From assembly GCA_036556425.1 (NCBI GenBank), contig DATBJJ010000025.1, positions 10,717 through 74,716 of the forward strand: a stretch of 64,000 nucleotides of DNA, read 5' to 3'. The position numbers and the translations under genes were made by a program. Under the pieces are notes generated by a model, which worked only from the letters and a program-made list of their open reading frames with translations, had not been told where the DNA came from and searched no databases. The stretch is from Vicinamibacterales bacterium (GTDB lineage: Bacteria > Acidobacteriota > Vicinamibacteria > Vicinamibacterales > 2-12-FULL-66-21). Shown here in pieces: positions 17,665 through 28,280 of this stretch (positions are counted from its first letter, which is position 1; every line of letters starts with the position of its first letter).

Positions 17665-19815
17665 TCAGGTCTTTGGTGTCACTCCCAGGTTGTGCAGGAT
17701 GAACGCGTAAATATCGGCGGAGCTCTCGAGCTGTTTCGTGAGATTGCTCGCGCCGTGGCCGGATTTCGTCTCGATGCGAATGAGGACCGGATTCTCGCGG
17801 CTCGCGAGCGCCTGCAGCGTCGCCGCGTACTTGAACGAGTGCGCGGGAACGACGCGATCGTCGTGATCCGCGGTCGTAATGAGCGTCGCCGGATACTTCA
17901 CGCCCGCCTTGATGTTGTGCAGCGGTGAGTACGCGTAGAGCGCCTTGAACTCGTCCGGATTGTCGCTCGAGCCGTAGTCCGCGATCCAGTTCCATCCGAT
18001 CGTGAACTTGTGGAAGCGCAGCATGTCCATCACGCCGACCTGCGGGATCGCGACGCGGAACAGCTCCGGCCGCTGATTCATCACGGCGCCCACCAGCAGC
18101 CCGCCGTTCGATCCGCCCTGGATCGCGAGCTTCGCGGACGAGGTGTATTTGTTCGCAATCAACCATTCCGCCGCCGCGATGAAGTCGTCGAAGACGTTCT
18201 GCTTCTCCAGCTTCGTCCCGCGCTGATGCCACGACTCGCCGTACTCGCCGCCGCCGCGCAGGTTCGCCGACGCATAGACGACGCCCTGCTCGAGGAGCGC
18301 GAGCCTCGTCGCGCTGAATCTCGCCAGCTCCACGACGTTGAATCCGCCGTAACCGTAGAGAAGCGTCGGATTGTTGCCATCGAGCTTCAAGCCCTTCCGG
18401 TGCACGAGGAACATCGGCACGCGTGTGCCGTCCTTGCTCGTGTAGAACACCTGCTTGGTCTCGAACGCGTCCTGGTCGTAGCCGGGAATCTTCGGCGCGC
18501 GAAACACACTGCTCTTCTTCGTCGCGATCTCGTAGCGGTAGATCGCCGGGGCGATCGTGAACGAGCTGAACGAGTAGAAGACGGACGTAGCGTTGTTCGG
18601 CCCGCTGAATCCGGAGCCGGTGCCGAGACCCGGCATCGCCACTTCGTTCTCCAGCGCGCCGTCCAGGCTGTAGACGTACGCCTTCGTCGCGACATCCTTC
18701 AGATACGTCGCGAACAACTTTCCGCCGGCGGTGCCCGCACCCTGCAGCGGCTCCGGCTTCTCGGGAATGATCGTCTTCCACTGCGCCTCGGCCGGCTGCG
18801 CCGGATCGATCAGGACGACGCGCGAGTTCGGCGCCTTCCGATTCGTTTCGATCAGCAGCTTCCCGCCGACGTTGTCGATGACGTTGTAGATGTCGTCGCC
18901 GATCGTCTCGACGAGCGGCACGAAGCTGGCCGCGCCTTTCGACAGATCCCGCACGAAGACCGCGTTGCCGTTCTTCCCCTTGCCGCGTTCGGAGATCGTC
19001 AGGATCGCGAATCGCTCGTCTTCGGTCGTTTCGAGGATGTGGAAGCGCTGAGGATTCGCGGCATCCTGATACACGAGCGTGTCCTGCGACTGCGGCGTCC
19101 CGATCTTGTGGAAGTAGACCTGGTGATTCTCGTTGATGGACGCCTTCTCGCGTCCGGCCTCCGGCGCCGGATAGCGGCTGTAGAAGAAACCGTCGCCGTG
19201 CCACGCGACGTTCGACACCTTGACCCACGCAATCGTGTCCGGCAGCGTTTTCTTCGTCGCCAGCTCCATCACCTTGTATTCCTGCCAATCCGAACCGCTT
19301 TTTGACACGCCGTAGACGGCATATGTCGCGTCCTTCGACGGCATGAACGTCGCGAGACGGACCGTACCGTCCGTCGACCAGGCGTTCGGATCGATCAGCA
19401 CTTCGGGTGTGCCGCCGAGACCCTTCTGGATGAACAGGACGCTCTGATTCTGCAGACCGCTGTTCTTGCTGAAGAAGAAGTACTGCCCCTTCTGCGATGG
19501 CGCCGACAGCTTCTCGTAGTCGTTCAGCTTCAGCACGCGGTCGAGAAGCTGCTTGCGAAAGGGAATCCGCTCGAGATACGGGAACGTGACCTTGTTCTGC
19601 GCCTCGACCCAGGCGGCCGTGTCGGCAGACGTGTCGTCCTCGAGCCAGCGATACGGATCGGCCACCTTGGTGCCGTGATACGTATCGACGTGATCGACTT
19701 TGCGCGTTTCCGGGTAGGCCGGCAAGCTCGACTGCTGAGCGAAGCCGGAAGCCGTGAGGAGCGCGGCCGCTCCGATCGCGGCCAGGAGCCGAATCTCGCG
19801 TCTGTGGTTGGTCAT
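17665..19815 (-). CDS. Prolyl oligopeptidase (peptidase S9A), secreted
   Basis: ADPYRWLED, LLYGYGGFN, NLRGGGEYGE, GGSNGG nucleophile, ADHDDRV, KSGHG catalytic His. Confidence 0.96.
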   Translation of the reverse strand: MTNHRREIRLLAAIGAAALLTASGFAQQSSLPAYPETRKVDHVDTYHGTKVADPYRWLEDDTSADTAAWVEAQNKVTFPYLERIPFRKQLLDRVLKLNDYEKLSAPSQKGQYFFFSKNSGLQNQSVLFIQKGLGGTPEVLIDPNAWSTDGTVRLATFMPSKDATYAVYGVSKSGSDWQEYKVMELATKKTLPDTIAWVKVSNVAWHGDGFFYSRYPAPEAGREKASINENHQVYFHKIGTPQSQDTLVYQDAANPQRFHILETTEDERFAILTISERGKGKNGNAVFVRDLSKGAASFVPLVETIGDDIYNVIDNVGGKLLIETNRKAPNSRVVLIDPAQPAEAQWKTIIPEKPEPLQGAGTAGGKLFATYLKDVATKAYVYSLDGALENEVAMPGLGTGSGFSGPNNATSVFYSFSSFTIAPAIYRYEIATKKSSVFRAPKIPGYDQDAFETKQVFYTSKDGTRVPMFLVHRKGLKLDGNNPTLLYGYGGFNVVELARFSATRLALLEQGVVYASANLRGGGEYGESWHQRGTKLEKQNVFDDFIAAAEWLIANKYTSSAKLAIQGGSNGGLLVGAVMNQRPELFRVAIPQVGVMDMLRFHKFTIGWNWIADYGSSDNPDEFKALYAYSPLHNIKAGVKYPATLITTADHDDRVVPAHSFKYAATLQALASRENPVLIRIETKSGHGASNLTKQLESSADIYAFILHNLGVTPKT

Positions 19816-19990
19816 AGCTGCTACTCCACTGAAGCTCACCAGATCCTAACCGTTCCGCCATGAATTCGCTCGCGCGCGTCGGCCCGTTGGTTGTTGTTCA
19901 GATGTGAAGGCGGATCAGTGAGGACGTCCAGCAGCCGGCGTCGTCTAAGATTCTGACGCGACACTGACGTCGGAACGAAAGGACCGCCGG

Positions 19991-21658
19991 ATGCGGACTG
20001 CACCTTCAATCGTTGCCGGATTGCTCCTGCTCCAGAGCATCAGCGGCGTCCAGCGCGATCCCTCAAAGAGTCCGACGACGAGATTGAGCGGACGCGTGAC
20101 GGCCGCCGACACGGGCAAGCCGATCCGTCGCGCGACGGTGCAGATATCGAGCATCGAGCAGTTGGCGAGACAGCGGCCGGGGCGTTCGGTTACGACCGGC
20201 GCCGACGGACTATGGGAGATCACGGGACTGCCAGCCGGGCGCTACGAGGTGATTGCGGCCAGAGGCGGTTACGTCACGCTCGGGCACGGACAGCGCCGTC
20301 CATTTGGAAGCCGGAAGGTTCTCGAGATTGCGGCCGGTCAAACGCTGGGACAGATCGACATCGCGTTGCCGAGAGCAAGCGCGATTGCCGGACGCATCAC
20401 CGACGACGCCGGCGAGCCGGTCACCAACGCGTTCGTGTCGGCGATGCGCATCCGGTATCAGAACGGTCAGCGCGTCCTCGCCCCGCTCCTCGAGGGGATA
20501 CCGGCGCTGCTCACCGGCGGCCTCACCGACGACCTCGGCCACTATCGCATCCATGGGTTGGCGCCAGGCACCTACTATGTGTCCGCGTTCTACGGCGGCG
20601 ATTTGGCGACGGTCGCGGCCGAGGACGTGCTGCGCTACGCGTCGACGTACTACCCGGGCACGATGTCTGCCTCGGAAGCGCAGGCGGTCGTGCTCGACGT
20701 TGGTCAGGACGCGCAGAACGTCAGCTTCGCGCTGACGCCGCTTCGCGCCGCAACCGTGTCTGCGAGAATCGTCAGTTCGGCCGGCCAGACGTCGCGTGTG
20801 TTCGCGCGGCTGATTCCTGCGGGCGGAGTCGTGCTGCCAGCCGCGGAACGAAGCGAGAGCTCTGGGGCCGACGGCTCGATCACGTTCACGAACGTTCAGC
20901 CCGGTCAGTACACGCTCCTCGCGCACATCGCGAACAGCGCAACGCCGGAGGCCGAGCTCGGATCGGCGCCGGTGACCGTGACCGGCGGCGAGGACATCAC
21001 CGGCATCCTCATCGTGACCGCGCCGGGCGCGTTGGTGTCGGGAACGCTCGTCCTCGATGATGACAAAGAGAAGAAGACGATTGCCGCCGATGCGTTCTCG
21101 ATCCGCGCGGCGAGTGGACTCGTCAACAGCCTGACGCTGCCTGGCGGATCGCGCGTCGGCGTTCGCGCGGACGGCACATTCTCTTTTGGCGGCCTGCTCG
21201 GCCCGCACCTCCTGCGCCTCGGCCACGCGCCATCCGGTTGGCAGCTCGAGGCGGTGACGATCGATGGCCGCGACGTGACAGACGTTCCATATGACTTCAA
21301 GCCCGGCCAGAAGCTGTCGAGCGTCGAAGTGACGCTGACGCGGCGCGTCGGGCGGATTGCCGGATCGGCGCAGGATGGCAAAGGAAAACCTTCGGGCGGC
21401 TGCGCGATCGTCGTGTTCTCGACGGATCCGGCGCGGTGGGGATTCGAATCGCGCTTCGTGCAAACGGCGACCGCAGGCCCGGACGGCAGTTTTGCGATTG
21501 CGGGGCTGGCGCCGGACGAATACTTCGTCGTCGCGCTCGACTCGATCGAGCCGGGAGAGGAGACGGATCGCGAGCGGCTCGAGTCCTGGCGCGCGAACGC
21601 GGTGCGCGTCGCGCTCGCCGACGGCGAATCGAAATCGACCGTCGTCACCGTGCGGTGA
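19991..21658 (+). CDS. Exported protein with multiple carboxypeptidase-regulatory-like (beta-sandwich) domains
   Basis: Repeated GRVT..D.G.P / TDDLGHYRIHGLAPGTYYV modules and TYYPGT motif; GAAAGGA RBS. Confidence 0.85.
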   Translation: MRTAPSIVAGLLLLQSISGVQRDPSKSPTTRLSGRVTAADTGKPIRRATVQISSIEQLARQRPGRSVTTGADGLWEITGLPAGRYEVIAARGGYVTLGHGQRRPFGSRKVLEIAAGQTLGQIDIALPRASAIAGRITDDAGEPVTNAFVSAMRIRYQNGQRVLAPLLEGIPALLTGGLTDDLGHYRIHGLAPGTYYVSAFYGGDLATVAAEDVLRYASTYYPGTMSASEAQAVVLDVGQDAQNVSFALTPLRAATVSARIVSSAGQTSRVFARLIPAGGVVLPAAERSESSGADGSITFTNVQPGQYTLLAHIANSATPEAELGSAPVTVTGGEDITGILIVTAPGALVSGTLVLDDDKEKKTIAADAFSIRAASGLVNSLTLPGGSRVGVRADGTFSFGGLLGPHLLRLGHAPSGWQLEAVTIDGRDVTDVPYDFKPGQKLSSVEVTLTRRVGRIAGSAQDGKGKPSGGCAIVVFSTDPARWGFESRFVQTATAGPDGSFAIAGLAPDEYFVVALDSIEPGEETDRERLESWRANAVRVALADGESKSTVVTVR

Positions 21659-23134
21659 CTAGAACAGCGTCCTGATCAGATCGCGAATGACGAAATACGC
21701 GAAGAACGCGTAGAACGCGGAGCAGACCAGCAATCCGATCTCGCGCCAGAGCGGCGGCCGGACGGCCGCCGGAAGAAACCGGCGGTTGACCAGGAAGATC
21801 TGCACGCCAGCGATGAGCAGCACGATGCCGGCCATGTTCGCGAGCACTTTGAAGAGCTGAAACGGCGACGCCGAGCGGATCACGAACACGCCCCACACCG
21901 AGAAGACGAGCAGGATGCCGTAGTAGATCGCGCGAATGCCGCGGTCCCACGCGCGCGCGCGCTTGCTCGCCATCCACACTGCGTCCGTGATCGTGCGGAC
22001 GAGAATGTCGGTGTTGCCGAGCTGCGTCTTGAAGAGAATCCAGAATCCGTTGAAGAGCGTCAGGAACCAGAAGCCCGGCCAGATCTTCCGGAGGTACTCC
22101 GCCTGATACGCGCCGGCCGCGAGGCCTTGCAGATCGGTCCCGTGCGGAATGATCGCCGTCGCGAGGTTCACGTTGAGGAACATGCCGAGGAAGCAGAAGA
22201 GTCCCCACACCCAAATCTGATCCGCGTGGACGTATCTCATCCACTCGCGCCAGCGCACGACGTTCTCCGGCGTGGCCGGAAAGATCTTCCCGACGTGCGT
22301 GAGTTGGATCGCGTGGCCGCCGACGGCGCTTGGAATCGCGCCCACGGTCGCGGCCATGCCGAAGCCCTTGTCGCGCACCCAATTCGTCACCGTCAGATTG
22401 CCGATGCCGCCCGAGCCGGCGGTCGCGGCGAGCGCGCCAATCAGTCCCCAATCGATCGGCTGCGGCAGTCCCGTGAACATGAAGAAACCGGTGAACGTGC
22501 GCCACCAGTGCGCGAACGGCACGAACGCGACGTTGATCGCGATCAGGAACAGGAAGACGACGCCGAGCATCGTCCACGCGAAATACTCGAGCATGCGCTC
22601 GATCGTGCCGCCGAAGGACAGGATTAGCACGACGAAGGCGATGAGTCCGGTCGCGATCCACGCTTGCGTCGCTTGATCTGGCGCGCCGGGCATGCGTCCC
22701 ATCCACGCGCCGAGGAGCGTGGCCGCCGCGCTGCCCGCGAGCGCCGGCCACCCGAGCTGGAAGAATCCGAGGAACGAATAGAAGGCGGCCCAGAAACGTG
22801 GGCCCGGCTTGAGCCGCATGATGCCGCCGTAGATCGGCTCGCCCGTGTAGAGCGTGTAGCGCACCGCTTCGATGTTGAAGAGCACCTGAAGAGCGATGGC
22901 GATCGTCGCGATCAGGAAGATCGACGAGGAGTACTTGACCGCCGCGGCCGGGCCGACCAGCCACTCGCCGCCGCCGATGGACGTCGCGGCCATGATCGCG
23001 CCGGGGCCGATGATCTTGAACAGGTTGCGCGCGCCGAAGGGCGGAGGGGCCTGGAGCTCGGCCATCTCCCAGCGCGGCAGCTCGCCATGGTCGATCGGCG
23101 CAAGAACATCGGCGGGGCCAGGGCCTTTTGTCAT
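21659..23134 (-). CDS. Nramp-like/APC-superfamily secondary transporter
   Basis: IGPGAIMAATSIGGGEWLVGP TM1 motif, RYTLYTGE, WVRDKGFGM, about 11 hydrophobic segments. Confidence 0.8.
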   Translation of the reverse strand: MTKGPGPADVLAPIDHGELPRWEMAELQAPPPFGARNLFKIIGPGAIMAATSIGGGEWLVGPAAAVKYSSSIFLIATIAIALQVLFNIEAVRYTLYTGEPIYGGIMRLKPGPRFWAAFYSFLGFFQLGWPALAGSAAATLLGAWMGRMPGAPDQATQAWIATGLIAFVVLILSFGGTIERMLEYFAWTMLGVVFLFLIAINVAFVPFAHWWRTFTGFFMFTGLPQPIDWGLIGALAATAGSGGIGNLTVTNWVRDKGFGMAATVGAIPSAVGGHAIQLTHVGKIFPATPENVVRWREWMRYVHADQIWVWGLFCFLGMFLNVNLATAIIPHGTDLQGLAAGAYQAEYLRKIWPGFWFLTLFNGFWILFKTQLGNTDILVRTITDAVWMASKRARAWDRGIRAIYYGILLVFSVWGVFVIRSASPFQLFKVLANMAGIVLLIAGVQIFLVNRRFLPAAVRPPLWREIGLLVCSAFYAFFAYFVIRDLIRTLF

Positions 23135-23182
23135 GCCGCAGACGATATCTCAAAACCAACCGGAAGCGGATTCGCGCCGTCT

Positions 23183-23231
23183 ATGGTGGTAGACGATCGA
23201 CCACCCATGGTGGTAGATTGACTCCTACCAT
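23183..23231. promoter_or_regulatory. Tandem imperfect palindromes, putative PadR operators overlapping the padR promoter and start
   Basis: ATGGTGGTAGA at 23183 and 23207 (24-bp spacing), each the left half of a dyad (GGTGGT-N9-ACCACC; ATGGT..AG...CTACCAT); TG-G-TAGATT extended -10 at 23211-23219. Confidence 0.6.
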
Positions 23232-23589
23232 GGCGAAGCGGGAACGGTACGAGAACCGGATCGAGCTGGTGCAAGGGACGCTCGACATGCTCATCCTGCG
23301 GACGCTGCAGTGGGGGCCGCGGCACGGCCACGGCATCGGCGTAGCGATCCGCGCCAGCTCGGAGGACGCGCTCCAGATCGATCACGGCTCGCTCTACCCG
23401 GCGCTCCATCGATTGGAGAAGCAGGGCTGGATCGACGCCGACTGGAAGATGACGGACAACAAGCAGCGCGCGAAGTACTACCACCTCACGCCGGCCGGCA
23501 AGAAACAGCTGGCTGCCGAAAAGACACGATGGAGCCAGGCGGTGGGCGCGATCGCGCGCGTGATGGGTCGGCGGCGATCGCCGGCATGA
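23230..23589 (+). CDS. PadR family transcriptional regulator (acidobacterial type)
   Basis: LVQGTLDMLILRTL, HGHGI, GSLYPALHRLE, W..TDNKQRAKYY.LT..GKKQL. Confidence 0.95.
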   Translation: MAKRERYENRIELVQGTLDMLILRTLQWGPRHGHGIGVAIRASSEDALQIDHGSLYPALHRLEKQGWIDADWKMTDNKQRAKYYHLTPAGKKQLAAEKTRWSQAVGAIARVMGRRRSPA

Positions 23590-23599
23590 GGAGGGCAAC

Positions 23600-26257
23600 A
23601 TGGCTCGAAAGTGGCTGACGCGTCTCCGGCTCGGCCTCTGGCGGCGCGATCAGGACGATCGCGATCTGGACGATGAGCTTCGGTTTCACCTGGCCGAAGA
23701 GGCGCGGCTCCGCGTCGACCGCGGCGCGTCGCCTCTCGACGCGCGCGAGTCCGCCCGGCGGGACTTCGGCAACGCGCAACGCGTGAAGGAGGTCACTCGC
23801 GCCATGCGGACCATGACGTCGCTCGAAACGATCGCGCAGGATCTGCGCTACGGCAGGCGCGTTCTCTCGCGCAGCCCGCTCTTCGCATTCTTCGCCATCG
23901 CGTCGCTCGCGCTCGGCATCGGCGCCACGACGGCGATCTTCTCGCTGTTCAACGCCATCGTCCTTCGGACGCTGCCCGTGAAGGATCCCTCCCGGCTGGT
24001 CGCGCTGTCGTTCGTCGCGGGCGGCAGCCGGCAGAACAACTTCCTCACGTATCCGCTCTTCGAGCGCCTTCGCGAGGCGAACACGACGCTCGACGGCCTG
24101 TTCGCATGGATGACGGTGCCGCGGATCGCCGCGCGCATCGATGCCCGCACCGAGATCGTGTCCGCGGGGTACGTGAGCGGCGACTACCACCGCATTCTTG
24201 GTTTGCGACCCGTGCTCGGACGGCTGCTCGACGCGAACGACGATCGGGACTCGAGCGCGACCTCCGTCGTGATCGGCCACGACTATTGGCGGCGACGCTT
24301 CGCCGCGGACCCCTCGGTCGTCGGCACGCAGATCACGGTCGGCGATTTCTCGTACACGATCGTCGGCGTCGAGCCTCGCGGCTTCGTCGGAACCAACGTC
24401 GGATCCACATCGGACATCACGTTCCCGCTGCGCGCCTCGCGGCATGGCACCACCGGGCCGCAGCCGTGGACCGCCACGAATTGGACGTGGATCGAAGTGA
24501 TGGCGAGGCTGCGCGCCGGCGTGTCGCAGGAGCAGGCGGCGCAAGAGCTCACGTCGATCTTTCGCGCCATGGGTCCGGGCGTGAAGCCGCTGCCGAACGC
24601 CGCGCCGCCGACGATTTTCCTCGAGCCGGCGGCCTCTGGCGGTCAGAGCACGCTTCGCCGCAACTACGAGACGCGGCTCCGTCTCATGTTGATGCTGCTC
24701 GCGGCCGTGGTCCTTCTGGCGAGCCTCAACGTCGCCACGCTCATGCTCGCTCGCGCCGAAGCGCGGCGCGATGAGATGACGATGCGGTTGGCGCTCGGGG
24801 CGGGGCGATGGCGCCTCGTGCGTCAGCTCGTCACGGAGTCGGTCCTCGTCGCGACGCTCGGCGGCATCCTTGGGCTGTCGTTCGCGTGGTGGGCCAGCGA
24901 AGCGCTGCTGCGCCTCGCCGTTCGCGACACCGCGGTGACCGCGATCGATCTCACGCCGGATCTTCGTGTGCTCGCATTCGCGTTGCTGACGAGCGTCGGG
25001 ACGTGCGTGCTGTTTGGATTCCTGCCGGCTCTTCGCTCGACGGCGACGCTGCGGAGCACCGGACGCCATGAGGTGGGCGCGCGCCGCCGGCGTTGGCTCG
25101 AGCGCACGCTCGTGGCTTCGCAAACGGCGTTGTCGCTCGTGCTCCTGGTGTTCATGGCGCTCTTCATCCGCAGTCTGCAGAATCTGTGGGCGCGCGATCC
25201 TGGATACGTGCGGGCGAACGTCGCGATGTTCTCGACGGATGCACGGCTGGCAGGAAAGAAGGGCGAGGAGATTCCGCGCACATATCGAACGATGCTCGAC
25301 GCGCTGGCCGCACTGCCCGGCGTGCGCAGCGTGAGCATCTCGACGGTCGCGCCCGTCAGCACGTCGTTCTACTTCGTCAACGGCGTTGGGCGCGTCGGAG
25401 AACGCGAGCTGCGCGACGGCGAGCGCGTCCGCGCGGCGAGCAATTTCCTCTCGCCAGGCTATTTCGCGACCATGGGCATTCCGCTCGTCGCAGGTCGCGA
25501 CTTCGACGCGCGCGATGATCCCGATGCGCCGAAGGTCGTGATCGTCAGCGAGCGGCTCGCCGGCAAGTTCATCGGGCCCGCCGTCGGCCAGACGATCGAC
25601 TTCGCCGGCGGCTCAGAAGTGATCGGCATCGCCCGCGACAATCGCTACGCGAGCGTCAAGGACGCGCCGAGGGATGTGGTGTACGCGCCGCTCTTCCAGA
25701 GCGCCGGCGCGCTGGCCAATCTGCAGACGTTCGAAGTGCGCTACGACGGGCCAAGCGGCGCGCAGTTGCAGGCGATCCGTACCGCCGTTGCCGCGGTGGA
25801 TCCTGCGCTCACGTTGTTCAACCTGAACACGCTCGAGGGCTACACGAGAGAATCGTTGTCGCAAGAGCGATTGATGGCCGCAACGAGCAGCTACGTTGGC
25901 GCTTTCGCGCTGCTGCTCGCGTCCATCGGCTTGTACGGGTTGATGGCCTACGCGGTGACCGAGCGGACCTCGGAGATCGGACTGCGCATGGCGCTGGGCT
26001 CGTCGCCTGGCGGAATTCGTTCGATGATCTTGAGAGACGGCGCGGGAACCGTGCTCGCCGGGGTCGTCGTCGGCTTCGGCGCGGCGCTGTGGCTCGTGCG
26101 CTACGTGCAAGGCCAGATCGTCGATCTCCAACCGATGGATCCGGCATCGTTCGCGGTCGCGACTGTCGTCCTCGTCATAGTGGCCGCGGCCGCCGCGTTC
26201 TTACCGGCGCTGCGCGCCTCGAGAATCGATCCAATCGTCGCGCTCCGGCATGAATAG
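23600..26257 (+). CDS. ADOP-type duplicated ABC permease with N-terminal 'permease prefix' domain
   Basis: DRDLDDELRFHL...ARRDFGN prefix, LALGIGATTAIFS, ERTSEIGLRMALG, ends RIDPIVALRHE; 10 nt downstream of padR. Confidence 0.94.
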   Translation: MARKWLTRLRLGLWRRDQDDRDLDDELRFHLAEEARLRVDRGASPLDARESARRDFGNAQRVKEVTRAMRTMTSLETIAQDLRYGRRVLSRSPLFAFFAIASLALGIGATTAIFSLFNAIVLRTLPVKDPSRLVALSFVAGGSRQNNFLTYPLFERLREANTTLDGLFAWMTVPRIAARIDARTEIVSAGYVSGDYHRILGLRPVLGRLLDANDDRDSSATSVVIGHDYWRRRFAADPSVVGTQITVGDFSYTIVGVEPRGFVGTNVGSTSDITFPLRASRHGTTGPQPWTATNWTWIEVMARLRAGVSQEQAAQELTSIFRAMGPGVKPLPNAAPPTIFLEPAASGGQSTLRRNYETRLRLMLMLLAAVVLLASLNVATLMLARAEARRDEMTMRLALGAGRWRLVRQLVTESVLVATLGGILGLSFAWWASEALLRLAVRDTAVTAIDLTPDLRVLAFALLTSVGTCVLFGFLPALRSTATLRSTGRHEVGARRRRWLERTLVASQTALSLVLLVFMALFIRSLQNLWARDPGYVRANVAMFSTDARLAGKKGEEIPRTYRTMLDALAALPGVRSVSISTVAPVSTSFYFVNGVGRVGERELRDGERVRAASNFLSPGYFATMGIPLVAGRDFDARDDPDAPKVVIVSERLAGKFIGPAVGQTIDFAGGSEVIGIARDNRYASVKDAPRDVVYAPLFQSAGALANLQTFEVRYDGPSGAQLQAIRTAVAAVDPALTLFNLNTLEGYTRESLSQERLMAATSSYVGAFALLLASIGLYGLMAYAVTERTSEIGLRMALGSSPGGIRSMILRDGAGTVLAGVVVGFGAALWLVRYVQGQIVDLQPMDPASFAVATVVLVIVAAAAAFLPALRASRIDPIVALRHE

Positions 26258-26398
26258 AGACACTATCCCTCACTATCAGCGATGTTCACTGGATGTCTTA
26301 ACGCGGAGGCCGCTGAGAGCTGAGTGAACTGACGCAGTGCACGCAGAGCGCTGAACACAGAGCCGGTCGGGGACGCGCGCGAGCGCGGTCTGGATCTG

Positions 26399-28225
26399 TC
26401 ACCGCTTGACGGACAGCAGCACGTCAGCGATCTCTGACGTGCTCATCTTCTCCTGACGAACCGGCAGACCTCGAACGCGGAAGCGGGGCCCGGCATTGTG
26501 CACGACGACGGCTGGAGGAAGCCGGGTCAGCACCTCCGAGGCGGTCTGAAGATCGCCGACGCGGCGGAGGCCGGGGATGAACAGGCGGTTCAGAAAGTCC
26601 TCATCGCTCGACGTGTCGAACTCCCCCACGTCGAGCACAGCCCTCCCCCCGCCCTCGGCCGCGAGCGCAAGGATCGCAGCGAGTGCCTGCGTACCATCGG
26701 CGACGAGCGCGGCGCCAGGATTCGCGCGCAGTGCCGCGACGATGTCGGCGACCTGCTGCCCGGCAGGCGTGCGGTTGTAAGTCTCGAAATGTCTGATCCT
26801 GACAGCAGCCTCGGCGTCGAAGCGCGTGAACGGGACGAGAACCGTTCGCGCGCCTCTGCGCTTGAGCAATGCTTCGAGCGCGGCATCCGATCGCGTCAGC
26901 AGCACGACTCGCTGCGGCTTTGATCGCGACGGCCGCGGCTCGAATGGCCGGGACGCCGCGGGCGGTTCAGGCGTCCATCCCAGCACATGCTGCAGCGCCT
27001 CGCGCCGCTGGAGGAAAGACCACGCGCTCGGAGGTTGTTCCAGCTGCCGCTTCGACGCCGCAATCCACGCGTCCGTCAGCTGCTCCCGGGTCACCGCGTT
27101 GTCCGGCCGCGGCCGCTGGTGGAACACGAGCAGATCCTGCAGCGGCTCGACCGTGAACGCGCGCTCTTCGACGCGAACATCGGCAGGCGCCTTCTTCATC
27201 CATCGCGCCATCCACGCGTACATCGCCTCGCGGCTCGCGCGGTTGTAGTTGTGCTCCGCGTCGATCCGCACGGCGTGCACGCGATCGGCCGCGTCGAACA
27301 GCTGATAGATCGCCCGCACCGCCGGATACTCGACCTCCATCGTCTCCTTCGTCCAATCGCCGGTCGCGGAGATCATCAGCAGCGGACGCGGCGCGATCGT
27401 CGACGCGATCTCCACGTTGTTCGTGTCGAGTCGCAAGGTCGGGAGGTTCTCGCAGAGACAACCGCCCTGCATGTGGAGCGAGATCATGTTGACGGGCGCC
27501 GCCACGCGGATGCGATCGTCGATCGCCGCCAAGAGGAATGTCTGCGTGCCGCCGCCAGACTCGCCCGTCGCGGCGATCGCGTCGCGGCGCACGAACGGTA
27601 GAGTCTCGAGAAAATCGATCGCCCGAATGCTATTCCAGAGCTGGAGCCCGCCTAGACTCAACCCCCACAACTGCTCCCGCCGGCCGCCAAACGTGTGCGG
27701 CAATTGCTGGCTGTCGCCGTAGCCGATCATGTCGTGCGTGAAGACGACGAATCCCTGGCGCGCGAGATTGATGGCCCGGCCGGGACCGGAATTGGTCGGC
27801 GTGTTCTCGAGGCGGCCGTACGTCCAATGTCCGTGAGGCGACAGAATCGCGGGATAGACGCCCTCCGCCGCGGGACGGTAGAGGTTGCCGGTGACGAAGA
27901 ATCCCGGCAGGCTCTCGAAGTACACCTTGGAGACGACGTACTCCCCGCGCTTCACGTCGCCGAAGATCACCGGCTTCAGCGATGTCTTCTCGGGCATCGG
28001 GACCAGCCCGGCCGTCGCGAGGATGTGCGCGCGCAAATAGGCCGCGCGTGCGCTCCACGCATCACGTGTTGCGTAACGGGGCGCCGGAAACCGGTCGTCG
28101 AGCGTGCGATACGTTGGTAGAGGCGCGCTCGTGCGCTGTCCGAAATGTCCCCTACTTCCGTCTAACGGAAGACGCGTCGTCGTGGCGAGGGCGAGACCGA
28201 CCAGCACTATCATCCGTGGCGACAT
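26399..28225 (-). CDS. Alpha/beta-hydrolase, acetylxylan esterase/dienelactone hydrolase-like
   Basis: YFESLPGFFVTGNLYRP, LSPHGH, GESGGGTQT nucleophile elbow, MQGGCLCEN, HNYN; start ATG 28225 (or 28213). Confidence 0.85.
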   Translation of the reverse strand: MSPRMIVLVGLALATTTRLPLDGSRGHFGQRTSAPLPTYRTLDDRFPAPRYATRDAWSARAAYLRAHILATAGLVPMPEKTSLKPVIFGDVKRGEYVVSKVYFESLPGFFVTGNLYRPAAEGVYPAILSPHGHWTYGRLENTPTNSGPGRAINLARQGFVVFTHDMIGYGDSQQLPHTFGGRREQLWGLSLGGLQLWNSIRAIDFLETLPFVRRDAIAATGESGGGTQTFLLAAIDDRIRVAAPVNMISLHMQGGCLCENLPTLRLDTNNVEIASTIAPRPLLMISATGDWTKETMEVEYPAVRAIYQLFDAADRVHAVRIDAEHNYNRASREAMYAWMARWMKKAPADVRVEERAFTVEPLQDLLVFHQRPRPDNAVTREQLTDAWIAASKRQLEQPPSAWSFLQRREALQHVLGWTPEPPAASRPFEPRPSRSKPQRVVLLTRSDAALEALLKRRGARTVLVPFTRFDAEAAVRIRHFETYNRTPAGQQVADIVAALRANPGAALVADGTQALAAILALAAEGGGRAVLDVGEFDTSSDEDFLNRLFIPGLRRVGDLQTASEVLTRLPPAVVVHNAGPRFRVRGLPVRQEKMSTSEIADVLLSVKR

Positions 28226-28280
28226 GCACCACCTCTCGCGCATACGGTAACGCGGTTTCACATTCTCTGGGAGGAGGCCA

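Noticed and set aside
26258-26398. Lower-GC gap with loose GCTGAG/ACGCAGAG repeats
   Set aside because: Too degenerate to define a unit or structure; possibly a decayed repeat element.
28246-28261. LacI-type operator-like GGTAACGCGGTTTCAC between esterase and receptor
   Set aside because: Dyad is imperfect and off-register, single copy, and there is no LacI gene in the window.
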